64,000 nucleotides of DNA from Acanthaster planci (Eukaryota): positions 2,952,859-3,016,858 of the forward strand of contig NW_019091357.1 in the NCBI RefSeq assembly GCF_001949145.1. The letters run 5' to 3'. Position 1 is the stretch's first letter. The number at the start of each line of letters is the position of its first letter. Made by a program: the position numbers and the translations under genes. The notes beneath the pieces were generated by a model, which did not search any database, was not told the origin of the DNA, and worked only from the letters and a program-made list of their open reading frames with translations. Of the stretch, positions 1 to 12,004 are shown piece by piece.

Positions 1-428
1 TATCTTTCTCAGAAATGCTGTATGTAAATTCTGAACTCACAATTCTAACAGAAAAACCTAGGCACCGTATTAGGTCTTCCCTGGCTGGCATCACAGCAAC
101 AGCGCCATCAGTTGTCCCAGAAAGCATGGCTAAATTCAAGTCACAATCTTTCTCAAAGGCAAAAATGATATTATTAAGTGTTTAGAACAGGTGCTCTATT
201 CAATGCACTAACCACATTAATATCAAATTGCAAAAAAAATTATAACATTCATTGCCGCCACACTTTGAGGCCTGACACTGGCCGAACATTCTAAAGCCTC
301 AACCTTCTATCAGCAAACTGGTGTTAACTGGTCGCGAAGAGGCGCAGGGCAATGTACCTATGATTTCCTGCGTAGAGGAGGCTTTTGAAGGATTTAGGAC
401 GGCTCTGGTGCACCCCTCGCATACTTAC

Positions 429-620
429 TTGACCGAATTCCCACCCATAGAGGGGCATGTACTTCAAGCCATCCTTCAGGACAAATCGCATGTTTCCCAG
501 CATGCCTCCACGGATGGCTATCATGTCGGCGACCACCCAATCCATCGTCGTCTGGTGGTTGCACATGTAAATCACATTCTCTGACCGGTCCAGGGCTTCC
601 ACATCGCCATACAGTACCAC
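429..620 (-). CDS. AGPAT5: AGPAT5-like coding exon 2 (acyltransferase motif I); gene continues beyond the left edge
   Basis: Acceptor TTTCAG|GTG at 620 and donor CAA|GTAAGT at 429; 192 nt, in frame with exon 1. Encodes VVLYGD..ENVIYMCNHQTTMDWVVAD..IRGGMLGNMRFVLKDGLKYMPLYGWEFGQ, with the catalytic NHX4D motif. Confidence 0.93.
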
Positions 621-1194
621 CTGAAATTTTAAAAGTTTCTTTTCCAGGTTTTTTAAATTATAGCATACAGGAGGTGGATATATATAATTTCAACTTTGGA
701 GCACCGCATGGCTTGAACCCGAAGTCCATTTGCATAACAACCCCTTGGGGGTGGGGCAAGGGGGCTGTCCCCCCCTACAAAAAAAGAAAATTGAAACAAG
801 AATTTTGTAATGACTTTTTAGGTCATGTTATTGCTTTCAAATGACTCACAGGTGACTTTAGGGAACATGGAACTCTTTCCAAGTGGTGTCTTTAATTTTC
901 AGACATTGAAAGTGCCAACAATTTCTTCAGTAAAAGTAGTAGCAGAATCCCTTGGAGGTGGATTTGTTTATGGATTAAGAAAAATCATTTGGCAAATGGA
1001 CAATTGTTTCAGAAAACAGTCTCAATATCCCGTCCATTCGCCCCCCCCCCAGCCCGGCTCAAAAAGTCGAACCAACAACACGACACAATTGACCAAGCCA
1101 AGTTGAGTAGGCCTTCGCCTGCTAGCATAGCATAGTACATTGTATATTACTCGTGCCTATGTGGTATACATGGAGATTACACGATTTCACATAC

Positions 1195-1410
1195 TTCCGT
1201 GCCTGTATAGTTTTCAAAGAAGAACTCAACCAGCCGTTGGTAGGTCCCCCAGAGACAATCGTCCACCGCCCGGTGCCAACGCTCAGGCAAGAGGCACGAC
1301 ACGACCTTCCACCCGCTGAACAGCACGAAGTACGGCGGCGCGGAGCCCATCATCATCACCGCCGGCGCCACGAACTTTAGCGAGTTCAGGTGAGCTATGA
1401 CACTCAACAT
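1195..1410 (-). CDS. AGPAT5: AGPAT5-like 1-acylglycerol-3-phosphate O-acyltransferase, coding exon 1
   Basis: ATG at 1410 gives MLSVIAHLNSLKFVAPAVMMMGSAPPYFVLF...DDCLWGTYQRLVEFFFENYTGTE, matching the AGPAT5 N-terminus as I recall it (..GTAPTY..DDRLY..FFFENYTGV). Ends at a phase-0 donor GAA|GTATGT. Confidence 0.93.
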
Positions 1411-1700
1411 TTTGCCGAGGAGGCTAGGACGCGACAGAGGACAAAAAGACGACAATGGCTGTGAAGTGGCGGTTGTTGTCAGGAGTAAAGGGTTCGGTTT
1501 GTCCTTTAAGAACACAAGTCCATTGCGTCCACGTGTGTTTCTCCCCTGGGCTGGCTATCGTGCATCAACAGTGTAGTCCGGCTGTATGTAGTTCGCACAT
1601 GCGTGGGTCACTACGCAAAACTCACGCTGCACCAAAAACCCATTTACGGAGCGGACCGATTACGGACAGACACACTGCAAACAACACGTGGGTGGGATGT
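1411..1700. promoter_or_regulatory. AGPAT5 5'UTR/promoter, possibly bidirectional
   Basis: CpG-containing segment just upstream of the AGPAT5 start with a GCACATGCG (NRF1-like) word and CACGTG E-boxes. It abuts the start of the + strand paralogous segment. Confidence 0.45.
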
Positions 1701-2455
1701 ATCATGGCGATGGCACACGTGCACGTTGAGTGATACCAATTACCATACTGAGCGCATGGTGGTCGTTAAGCTTTAATCCGTTTATTTTTGCTGACTTTGT
1801 GTATCATCCAGACAACACGTAAGAAATTAGTCTCTGAGGAATCGCTGGCACACCTACGCGATATCATAGACGTGGTGGTATGGAGTAAGTGCAATCACTA
1901 CAATGTATTTTGCTTTTACAGAAATAAATAGGCCTGGTCCTTGACTGAGAAAGGAAAAGACCGTGTTGTGACATGAGTGACTTTAGTAGGCCTAGGCCTA
2001 GGCCTATAATGCCCACTTAGATTTTGCATACATCTTGTAAATTGTTTTTTCCTCCAAGCAAGTCGTTGGGTGTGATGATGTGCTCACCCCTGACGTGCAG
2101 CTGTTCTAATGGAAGGCAATCCCACATGATATACATGATGCAACAAGGTCAAAAATAAATTTTTCTTACTTAGCCCACCTCACTTTGGCATGCTGTGCAT
2201 ACAGTGTATTTGAATTTTTGAAATGACATTTGACGCGACTGCATCAGGATGATGATCAGTCCATAATATTGATAGGCTGAGCAACTTAGACTCGACGAAT
2301 TGCCTTTTTAAAGATTCGGATATGGTCCAGGGAAACATGGCAATTAATGTACACACACTGTATACTCATCAGTGTGAAGTCGCCAACTTGGTCTGGACAT
2401 TCTACCTCCATGGTCTGGAATCAACTCGCTCCGAGTCAACACCATCTGAGGTCCC
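1595..2455 (+). repeat. Left copy of a diverged ~0.9-1.1 kb inverted duplication (partner at 21365-22485)
   Basis: Several colinear blocks match the reverse complement of 21365-22485, e.g. ctgagcaacttagactc..aattgcctttttaaagattcggatatggtccagggaaacatggca, cacactgtatactcatcagt..gtgaagtcgccaacttggtctg, tcactttggcatgctgtgcat and gcggaccgattacggacagacacactgcaaacaacacgtgggtg. Confidence 0.85.
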
Positions 2456-2736
2456 AATTCAACCCAAATTAAATTTCATTACACCAAAATTTTTCACAGA
2501 GGGGATCAGTAGCATGTATGGTTATAATATTATTTACTGTAAATAACTGAATGACTTCGAAGTTTTTCAGCAAAGAGGTTTGGCAGTGATGCAGGAGGAA
2601 AGTCAAGGAAACGTCGAAGAGCGGCACGTTAGAGACTCAACTTCATAGGGCCAGCCTAGTGGACTGTACCTCTGTATACGTGGCCCTACTCCTAAACTAG
2701 AAACAAGTGGAGGAAGGCTTAAACATTCGGATAAAG

Positions 2737-3245
2737 GGCAATTCCATGCAAAGGTGGACATGACAAATGAATTTTAAAAATTGTCTTGCATGACTGAATT
2801 TGGTATCAAATTAAAGCTAAATGTCTAGACCTTCCAGAAACAGCGACTATTTAGCGGAAAAAAGGTGTTCTCACACTTCTCATGCATAATTAATTAGTGG
2901 ATTTTCTGTTATTTTCCACAATTTCAGGAACATACTGAAAGCTGTCTTAACAACAGCAATAATGAAACCTAATTTCTGAATTCCGCATTGTTATCATGTT
3001 AATGACATATACTGACCACATATCAAGCCCATTTATGATTTCAATTATGTATCTCACATTAACGGCGAAGCAATTAAAGTTGTCTCATTGTGTCACGGCG
3101 TTACCCAAAATATGACATATTTCAATTTTATTTAAGATGTAAAATACACAAATCTAGAAAATATTATTCACCGTGCAAATCACACACCCACAGGCATCTA
3201 AGTAGTAATATTTGTCTTTATTTATTAATTATAGCAATTAAAATT
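2737..3245. mobile_element. One end of a non-autonomous DNA transposon (GGG terminus, possibly Sola-like)
   Basis: Starts GGGCAATTCCATGC, similar to the GGGTCATTCCATGT terminus at 50211, followed by an AT-rich subterminal region. No second end found. Confidence 0.35.
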
Positions 3246-3249
3246 ATGT

Positions 3250-5780
3250 CATGGGCTGCGTCCCTGTGGCAAGCTTGCTATACAAAACATCCTTTAGGAT
3301 GCGTCTGTCGTCCATGCGGCATACATGTCCCATCCAGCACAACCGTCTGTGGGTCAGGATGGTAAATATACTTAGCACACCCACCTGAGACAGGACATCT
3401 TCATTTGTGACGCGATCCTGCCAAGTGATGCCCAGGAGTCATCTAAGGCAGCGCATGTGAAAAGCATTCAGCCTGCGTTCTTGGCAGGAGTACACTGTCC
3501 AGGCTTCGCTACCGTAGAGAAGGGAACTCAGAACACAGGTTTGGTACACCTTCATCTTTGTGTTGGTTGTCAGCATGGTGTTGCCCCATACTCTTGTTAG
3601 TTGAGTCATTGCAGTTGCTGCCTTTCCAATCAGCAAATTGAGCTCAGCGTCTAGGGAAAGGTTGCTTGAGATAGTAGAGCCAAAGTAAGTAACATTGTCA
3701 ACCACTTCCAAGGCGTGGTCTGCGATGGTGATTGGGGGAGTGCTACTGATATCCTGGCCCATGATATTGGTCTTTTTCAGGCTGATGGTGAGGCCAAACT
3801 CGAAGCATGCTTCTACAAAGTGGGTGACGAGCCGCTGGAGTGCTTCCTCACTGTGGGCAGTAAGGGCCGCATCGTCTGCATAGAGCAACTCTCTGATGAC
3901 CGCTCTGCGCACCTACGTCTTTGCTTTTAGGTGGGCCAAGTTGAAGACGTTCCCATCACTCCTATAGTGCATGGAGGAAGATGCCATCTTCAAAAGGCAA
4001 AGTGCAACAGCAGTGAGAAGAACACGACGAAGAGTGTTGGGGCCAGGACACTTCCTTGCTTCACACCGTTCTTGAATGGGAAGGGGTCCGATGATGATCC
4101 ATCGTACTGAATGGTGCCAGTCATGTCATCATGAAAGGATTGCATCTTCATGCACTTTGGGGGGCTACCAGTCCTCTCCATCTCTCCATCTGGTTCCTGC
4201 GATGTGTGGTGATGCCACCTGAGGTGGATTTAAGAGGAATGATCTTGATGGCACTAGGACCAAATGCTTTCTTCGTGCCCTCATACATGGCGCAGATGTT
4301 ACTACAGTCCATGGATATCACAGTTTGGATATCACAGCTCAGGCTCAACCAGTAGTCATTGGCGCACTTGCGCACAGTCTGTTTGGCATTATTGCGTGCT
4401 ACTCAAAAGGCAGCCAATGTTTTCTTGGAGGGCTGTCTCTTGAAATCAAGGAGTGCGGCTTGCTTGGCAGCAATGGCAGGCTCCATCTCATCGATCCCTG
4501 CCACAAACCAATCTTTGTTCTTTCTCACTCTCTTCCCAAAGGTGCCCAAAGGGGCCTCATACACGGCATCACGGATGTGGTTCCATCACATCATGGAACC
4601 GTCTGTTGGGCCGTCCACAAGGGTGTCATTAATGGCTTTGTCGAAACGCTCGCGTAGTCCAGGAAATGACGTCCGGGCGGTGTAGATACGTGGGCGACCC
4701 TTTTTCTTAGAACGATGGATTCATTTTGGTCGGAGACACACCTTGCTGCTGACCAAGGAGTGGTCGGTGTCGCAATCGGCACTGTGGTAAGTGTGGGTGA
4801 AAGCACGTGGTTGAGAAGGGGTCTCCTGGTAATAAGGAAATCTAGCTGGTGCCAGTGTTTGGACCTAGGGTGCCTCCAGGACACTCTGTGATGTGGTCTG
4901 GTGGGGAAGGATGTGTTTGTGATGCAGAGATCGTGGTAGGAGCAAAGCTCAAGTAGCCGCTGTCCGTTCTCATTGAACTAGCCAATGCTGAATGGTCTGA
5001 TGCAGCGTGGCCAGGAGCTGTGGTCTGAGCCAACTCAGGCATTGAAGTCTCCGAGCAGGAACAGGGCTTCACTCGGGGGATCTCTCTGATTTGGGCCTCG
5101 AGTTCTTCATAAAATGCATCTTTAGTTTCAGCTGTAGAGCAGAGTGTGGGGGCATAGATGCTAAAGATTATTTGTTGGACCAGAGGAGGACATGAAGTAA
5201 AGAAGGAGGATTTGCGCAGTCCCCTGAGATGGAGGCTCGACTGATGACAGGAGGGAGTTACGTACTGCAAACCCGACCCTGAAGATAGAGTCGGCGCTCA
5301 TCTGGCTCTAGTCCTTGCCAGAAGAATTAGTAGTCCTTCTCCTTGAGAGTACCATTGGAGGGGAAGCAATGTCGATGTTGAGCTTCGACAGCTCGCGGTC
5401 AATGATGGCAGTTTTCCTGGCATCGTTAACTTGCCGGAGGTTAGCAGAGGGACCAGGGCACATTGTTCTGACATTCCAGGTGGCCAGCTGTAGGGCTGGT
5501 ACCGGGTAGTTGCATCTCGCTTTGTTGTTTGCCTGGTGTTGGGTTTGCAGGCTGCTTTTCGGGGGACTTGTCCTAAGCTCCAAGCACCAGTTGAAGCAGG
5601 CAGACTATCAACACCTAATTTGGCTGGAGGCTGCCCAGCTTGAGGCGGGCGGTCGTTGACTAATGAGATGCGATGATCCCTCCCACCATCGGAGACAACC
5701 CGTAGCACGCAAGCATACGCCAGTTCACTCTGGGCTTATTAATCATAACTGTTGTCTCCCATGTTGGTTCTGTCGCTTTG
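3250..5780 (-). mobile_element. Degraded RTE-clade non-LTR retrotransposon (APE endonuclease + reverse transcriptase)
   Basis: Frameshifted fragments in order: LQLATWNVRTM..KTAIIDRELSKLNIDIA, IYAPTLCSTAETKDAFYEEL, SWRHPRSKHWHQLD, GVKQGSVLAPTLF, IRELLYADDAAL..EALQRL, LLYGSEAWT, WMGHVCRMDDRRILKDVLY. Confidence 0.93.
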
Positions 5781-8700
5781 CAGTGTTGTAGGTCTCAAGA
5801 CAGGTCCCAGTCTCGAGACCGGTCTCGAGATCAGTTTTTCATGGTCTCAGTACGCTGTGGTCTCGGTCTCGAATGTTTCACGTCTCAACTTTTATCTGGT
5901 CTCGTGTGGAGACCTCACAAAATCAATGTAAAATAGCAAAAACCGATACTGAATAACAGTACGATGTTACGTTTAGCGTGAGATTTTACGTTTGTGGAGA
6001 GCACAAGTAGAATTGGAATCAATTGGGCTGCATCTGAATCTCCTGTCTAGAACTAGGTCTAGGTCTTTGCTCCATTGGAAATGCGCAACGGACGCGAAGA
6101 CAATAGACCTAGCCGTAACAATCTTTGAGGATTGGCGTAATCTAGTTCTGGAACAAGTCTGAATACCAATGCACATACTAATCATTGTGAAGTAAATGTA
6201 GTGGTATATCTGTGTACATACCAGTGATATGTGTGGGTACGGCACATGTACAGTACAAGCGTTGTTCACATGCATTTTCGACGTTGGGGGTCAAATTTTG
6301 AGTAGGATTTGCTATGTTGCTCATAAAGTTTCGGAGAGGTCGAGTTGCTCAGCAGTTATTTAAGTTTGCCTTTAAAGACCATAAGGATTACCTTGTCCCG
6401 AAGGAAGGGAATACAAAGCACTTGGCTGAGTGTATTTTCTGCTCCACTTCAACACGGATTTCTGAGAGATCCGGAACTACATGTAGCTCAGCATTCACAA
6501 GACACTTGAGTCGGGTCCACAGAGCAAAGTAAGTATTGCACTGTACAGTGCAGGTTTACATGGACATTGTAGCAAACTATTTTGTTTTATTATGTTCTTT
6601 TCACTCATTCATTTTATTTATTTTATTTAAAATGTATATCTTTTTCTCAGTTGTGATTGTTTTTGTTCAATACTGATTCCCATTTAGCAAATTTGTCTTC
6701 GCTTTGGAGGCCTAGGCCTACATGTACATGTACTACTTGTAAGTACTAGCACCAGCCTATATTCCATATTACATCAGCAAAGGGTGACTTATAAGCCAAC
6801 TACTGCTGAAAAAGCCCCTCACTTTTTATCTAAATTGTTGATTACTGGTATAAAATTATCCGTTCCAGGTATGAGGAATACCTACGACTTGGAAAGGAGC
6901 CACTAACNNNNNNNNNNNNNNNNNNNNNNNNNNNNNNNNNNNNNNNNNNNNNNNNNNNNNNNNNNNNNNNNNNNNNNNNNNNNNNNNNNNNNNNNNNNNN
7001 NNNNNNNNNNNNNNNNNNNNNNNNNNNNNNNNNNNNNNNNNNNNNNNNNNNNNNNNNNNNNNNNNNNNNNNNNNNNNNNNNNNNNNNNNNNNNNNNNNNN
7101 NNNNNNNNNNNNNNNNNNNNNNNNNNNNNNNNNNNNNNNNNNNNNNNNNNNNNNNNNNNNNNNNNNNNNNNNNNNNNNNNNNNNNNNNNNNNNNNNNNNN
7201 NNNNNNNNNNNNNNNNNNNNNNNNNNNNNNNNNNNNNNNNNNNNNNNNNNNNNNNNNNNNNNNNNNNNNNNNNNNNNNNNNNNNNNNNNNNNNNNNNNNN
7301 NNNNNNNNNNNNNNNNNNNNNNNNNNNNNNNNNNNNNNNNNNNNNNNNNNNNNNNNNNNNNNNNNNNNNNNNNNNNNNNNNNNNNNNNNNNNNNNNNNNN
7401 NNNNNNNNNNNNNNNNNNNNNNNNNNNNNNNNNNNNNNNNNNNNNNNNNNNNNNNNNNNNNNNNNNNNNNNNNNNNNNNNNNNNNNNNNNNNNNNNNNNN
7501 NNNNNNNNNNNNNNNNNNNNNNNNNNNNNNNNNNNNNNNNNNNNNNNNNNNNNNNNNNNNNNNNNNNNNNNNNNNNNNNNNNNNNNNNNNNNNNNNNNNN
7601 NNNNNNNNNNNNNNNNNNNNNNNNNNNNNNNNNNNNNNNNNNNNNNNNNNNNNNNNNNNNNNNNNNNNNNNNNNNNNNNNNNNNNNNNNNNNNNNNNNNN
7701 NNNNNNNNNNNNNNNNNNNNNNNNNNNNNCGATGTCAAGATCAACCCTAGTTGTGAAGTTGCCCCAACTTTATGCTGCAGGAAAACAGAAGATCAAGATA
7801 TTCTAGCAGATCAGTCATCAGTGTCCATCACCACTGACATCTGGACTGATCGTGTGATGAGATGATTTCTGGGTGTGACAGCACACGTTATCCTCCCCAT
7901 CTCAAGTGGCATGATGGAACTGAAGTCGTTGCTTCTTAGCTGCAAGCGGTTTCAGGGTAACCACGCTGGAGACCGGATCGCCAATGCATTTAATGACATC
8001 TTGGAGGATATGGGCATCAAGACAAAGGTGAACTTCGTAGTCACTGACAATGCATCTAGTGTGAAAAGTGCCTTCAAAGTCAACTTCCCCACAGCTACCT
8101 CTGGTGACAGTGAGGAGACAGAGGAGGATATTGGAGACATGGAGGATGGGTTCCTGTGGTCTGACCTAGAAGAAAGAAAAAATGATACTATGGTGTACAC
8201 AGTGTTGGAAAGCAGCTCTAAGCAGAGGCTGTTGTGTCTCGCACACAGTCAACTGGTAGTGAAGGATGGGCTAACTGAAACAAAGGCATGGCACTGGCAA
8301 TTGCCAAAGCATCCAAGATGTCAACACTCCTTCATTGTAGCACAATCTTCAAAGAGAGAGGGGAGGCAAATATTTCCCCTGTTACTGTGTTTTGACATGT
8401 TTGAAAAACCTAAAGTGTTGCTTTGAATTTTTCTTAACAAGCATAAAGCTTTACAATGCATTGGTTTGATAATACATGTGCAATGTAGGTATTACCGGTC
8501 TCTATCTGCACGAGAATAGCTGGCTTTTATAACTCTTAAAATGTTGGAGGAAATTAAACAAATCAACCAAGTTTTGTTTGAAAAGTATGGTTGACTAAAC
8601 CGTGATAAAAGCAATCCCACCCTCCAAAATGATGCAACAGTTTAATCATCACATCAAATGATGTCAAACAATACTTATTCTCATTTCAGAAAATGCACTA

Positions 8701-10010
8701 ATTTTGCCTTGTTTATAAATCAAAGGCTTTTACAGGCTTTTGGGCACACACGCTCCATTCCGGCTGTGAATGCAACGCGCTGGAATTCAACTCTTCACCA
8801 GCTGAAATCCATCCTGGCTTTGCATTTCACAAAGTTGGTAGATGATGTTTTTGGAACAGCCTTTCCGGAGGTTGCCTACAGTGTTCGCAAATGGAGCCAG
8901 CTCAGGGAGATGTGTGAGGTTTTGACCCCCTTGGCGAGGCCACTGATCTTACTCAAGGCACAGCTTACATTTTCAAAGATTAAATAAATTAATTAATAAC
9001 TTTGATAAAATCAGTCTTGTCAGAACTTCAAAAATCAGAGCCAAAGGTTTTACCGAATTCATAAAACTCATAACTCTGATGTTGTTGTTTTTAATACAAT
9101 ATTTTTGTATTGTTCAAATCATAGGTGAGCAGATGGTTACTATAGGCCTGGTAGTGCCAACAGTGTTGGACTTGAATTCGCACTTCAAGAAGAAAATGGA
9201 AAGCTCTCATTAACCAGCTGACAGTGTCTCTTCAGAGAAGATTTAAAGGCATATTCCAGAATCGTCAGATGGCAGAACCTTCACGAGGCAGTCGTGACGA
9301 GCCGTTTGCAGATGATATATATCTGATGTCGGTCGTTCTTGATCCAAGATTTTGCTTAACCTGGGTTGATGTTGATGTGTCAGTTGAAGCACTGCGTGAT
9401 TCCATTGCGCAGATAAGAGAGAAGCGGCAAGAATCACTGCTAGGTAGTTATATTTGAATTTAGAACCTACAAGATGTGCTTTTATACATGGTACATTAAT
9501 AGAGATGAAATGATTGTTCTAAGTCTTTTTTGTTCCGTTTTACTGCAACAGAGTTGGTCATCTCGGAGGTCATCTCTGAGGCCGAGGCAAACTTCCTAAG
9601 CCATCATGAACTTGAACAACAGGGAGTCAGCATCAAGTGAAGAGGAAAAAGACCCAATTCCAGCTAAGGTGCCGCATCTACTGGCCAAGTACTGTACACA
9701 CAGAAATAAAAGTGGAGCACAAGGCGAGACGGAGTCAGCTAGACGACAGTTCGCAAGGTATTTGGAAGCTGTGTCTAACCCCGACTGTGTCACCACATGT
9801 GCTCTGCAGTTCTGGCAGGACATGGCCAAGAGACTTCCATTATTGTTCCAACTGGCTTACAAGGTGTTTGCAGTCCCAGCTTCATCAGCTTCTGTAGATC
9901 TTCAGGGGAATCATCATGTGACCCCATCGGGCACGTTTATCAGCAGGCATCTTGTCCATTCTGATGTTCTTAAAATGCAACGAGGGAGTCCTTTAAAATC
10001 ATTCATCCAT
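5781..10010 (+). mobile_element. Decayed hAT (Ac-like, BED zinc finger) DNA transposon with intron-containing transposase pseudogene
   Basis: 5' end CAGTGTTG plus GGTCTCGAGACC subterminal palindromes. BED finger (AECIFC..AFTRHLSRVH, 6314-6528), SITTDIWTDR..FLGVTAH, VVTDNASS, TRWNST, VLDPRF and dimerisation domain LQFW..LFQLAYKVFAVPASSAS. Stops and frameshifts are present; the 3' TIR was not found. Confidence 0.9.
6908..7729. other. Assembly gap (N run)
   Basis: Run of N. Confidence 1.
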
Positions 10011-10034
10011 TCATTCTGTTTTATTATTTACGCT

Positions 10035-10270
10035 CATCAGGCCGGTGTTTATCGCGGTTTCCTTGGCATGAAACAACTGAGAATATTTTTCCCCCTGGAT
10101 GGGATGCCAGGTTGCTTCCCCAGCTAATGCTGGTACCTAATACTCCTGGGTGGAGAGAGGCAAGCAGGGGTGAAGTGGCTTGCCAAGGACCAACATACTG
10201 CCTGCAGCTGGATTCGAACCTCCAACCCTATGGTTGAAAACCATAGTCCCTAGCCACTTGGCGACACGGA
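10035..10270 (-). mobile_element. tRNA-derived SINE with CORE-like central domain
   Basis: Reverse strand shows an A-box-like GTCGCCAAGTGG and B-box GGTTCGAATCC, then ccttggcaagccacttcacccc..cctctctccacccagg (CORE-like) and gcatcccatccaggggg. Confidence 0.75.
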
Positions 10271-10339
10271 GGTCAGCCATACTTATCCATTTTTTTTACG
10301 AGCCAAGCCTTTAGTTTCATATTGCAGCTTTTTACAGTC

Positions 10340-11040
10340 ACTTGGACAGCATCCAAGAAGAAGTCAAGCACATCTCAAGAGCCCTCAAGCACAACGGTTA
10401 CCACCAAGATTAAGAACCCAAGATCACTGACTGTCGGGTCTCCTATACCCAAAGTCAACCACCTTCGTACACGCCAACAGTGACCCTACCCTACATAGGA
10501 AATGCATCCCACAAGATCCACCGCATCCTTCACCAAGAAACTTCAAGCCACCCTGCAGACCCAAAAGGACAAGCAAGACCATCAGACGAAAGCTGGTGTC
10601 TACGGCATCCCCTGCGAATGTGGGAAGGTGTATTTTGGCAAGACTGGGCGGGATTTGCCCACCAGACTCATAGAACATATCGCCCATGGACACAGAGTTG
10701 ACTATGATAAATCAGCGATTGTCAAGGATCACATCATCAGCGTCATCACGTCATCAGCAGCATTTTGCACTCCATATTACGCTCCCAGACCAATGGGTCA
10801 TCTATACCCACAGTCACTCATGCATCAGTGAGCGCACTCAATAGCCTCTCAGTCCAGCAGATCCACCATCAAGCAAGCCATTCTGCTCCAGTGCACCCTT
10901 AGCATCCTCTCCAGTGCTTAAAAAACAGCATCCTCAGAGCCAGGCAACCTGTCACCCTCCTAAAGACGAACAGAGCACACTGTCCAGAACGTCGAGTATT
11001 CACCATCGGTTCTTCTCAGAACCACACACTCTTAAAAAAG
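10340..11040 (+). mobile_element. Penelope-like element 3' remnant (GIY-YIG endonuclease plus terminal repeat)
   Basis: TLPYIGNASHKIHRIL followed by KDK..KAGVYGIPCECGKVYFGKTGRDLPTRLIEH..DKSAIV, typical of the PLE GIY-YIG domain. A degenerate hammerhead-like motif lies at 10959-10996. Confidence 0.85.
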
Positions 11041-12004
11041 ATGTTTTCTTGTTCATGGTGCAACTTCAAGCCTAACCTAATTTAATTCTGTGAAAATCAC
11101 ACATACTGTTCTCATGCAGCACCCACTTTCCCGAAACAGGTCAACCACAAAAAAGGAGCCCGCGCTTTCAACTGCTGTGCTGACTGCACATGGTGGCTGG
11201 TATGCTTGTAACCTTCAACTTCAATTGACGGTATCAACTGTAAAGTGTACGTCAGATTGATTTGAAACTCCACATCTGTATTGATAAGGAGTGCTTTACA
11301 TGCTTTACATTCTTGGGACAGCCAAGATCTCTGCTGTGAGATGGCACAAAATAACCCGGCAACTTCAGGGTTAACACTGGATTAAAATCGACAGAACTTG
11401 ATGACATTGATTGGTTTCTCCTAGCAATCCTGTAGTAATTTCTATTTTGTTTGCTGCATCAAAGGCTCTGCTATAAAATGCTGACCCAACCATAGAGGGC
11501 GCTATTACCCTGCCTGAATTCTCTAATTTACATCACAGCAGTAGTGCCCCCACTCGTCCAGAAAAGCTGACAAAGTTTAACGTTTATAGCAAGATACCGA
11601 AAATTGTGAAATATTCTCTAAATTAAAAAATTCAGAGGACCTGATGTTTCGATCCTAGCAGAATCTTTTTCCAATCAAGTTTCAACCAACACAGTTGAAT
11701 TTTTATTGACACGTCCACAATACATTTATCACACTGAACATTTGGAAGTGTAAATATGGAAAGGTTTGCAAATATATTTGACCTAAGATATCCTGAAATA
11801 CAAGGTCTGAATATTTTGTGTATTCTGCTTTTAACATATTCAAATTTCTGGTTTTGTTATTTAAATACATGCAAATATGCTGTGCCCTTTGACCTTTTTT
11901 GAAATTGCGCAATCCTAACCTTTAAATATAAGTTCCGAAATAATATCTATCAAGAGGCCTGTGGCCTGGTGGTTAGCTAGCTGGCTGCCAGGCCAGGGGA
12001 CCCC

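Noticed and set aside
1411..1515. N-terminal extension of AGPAT5 suggested by the ORF track
   Set aside because: Begins at a non-ATG codon; homology starts at the Met at 1410.
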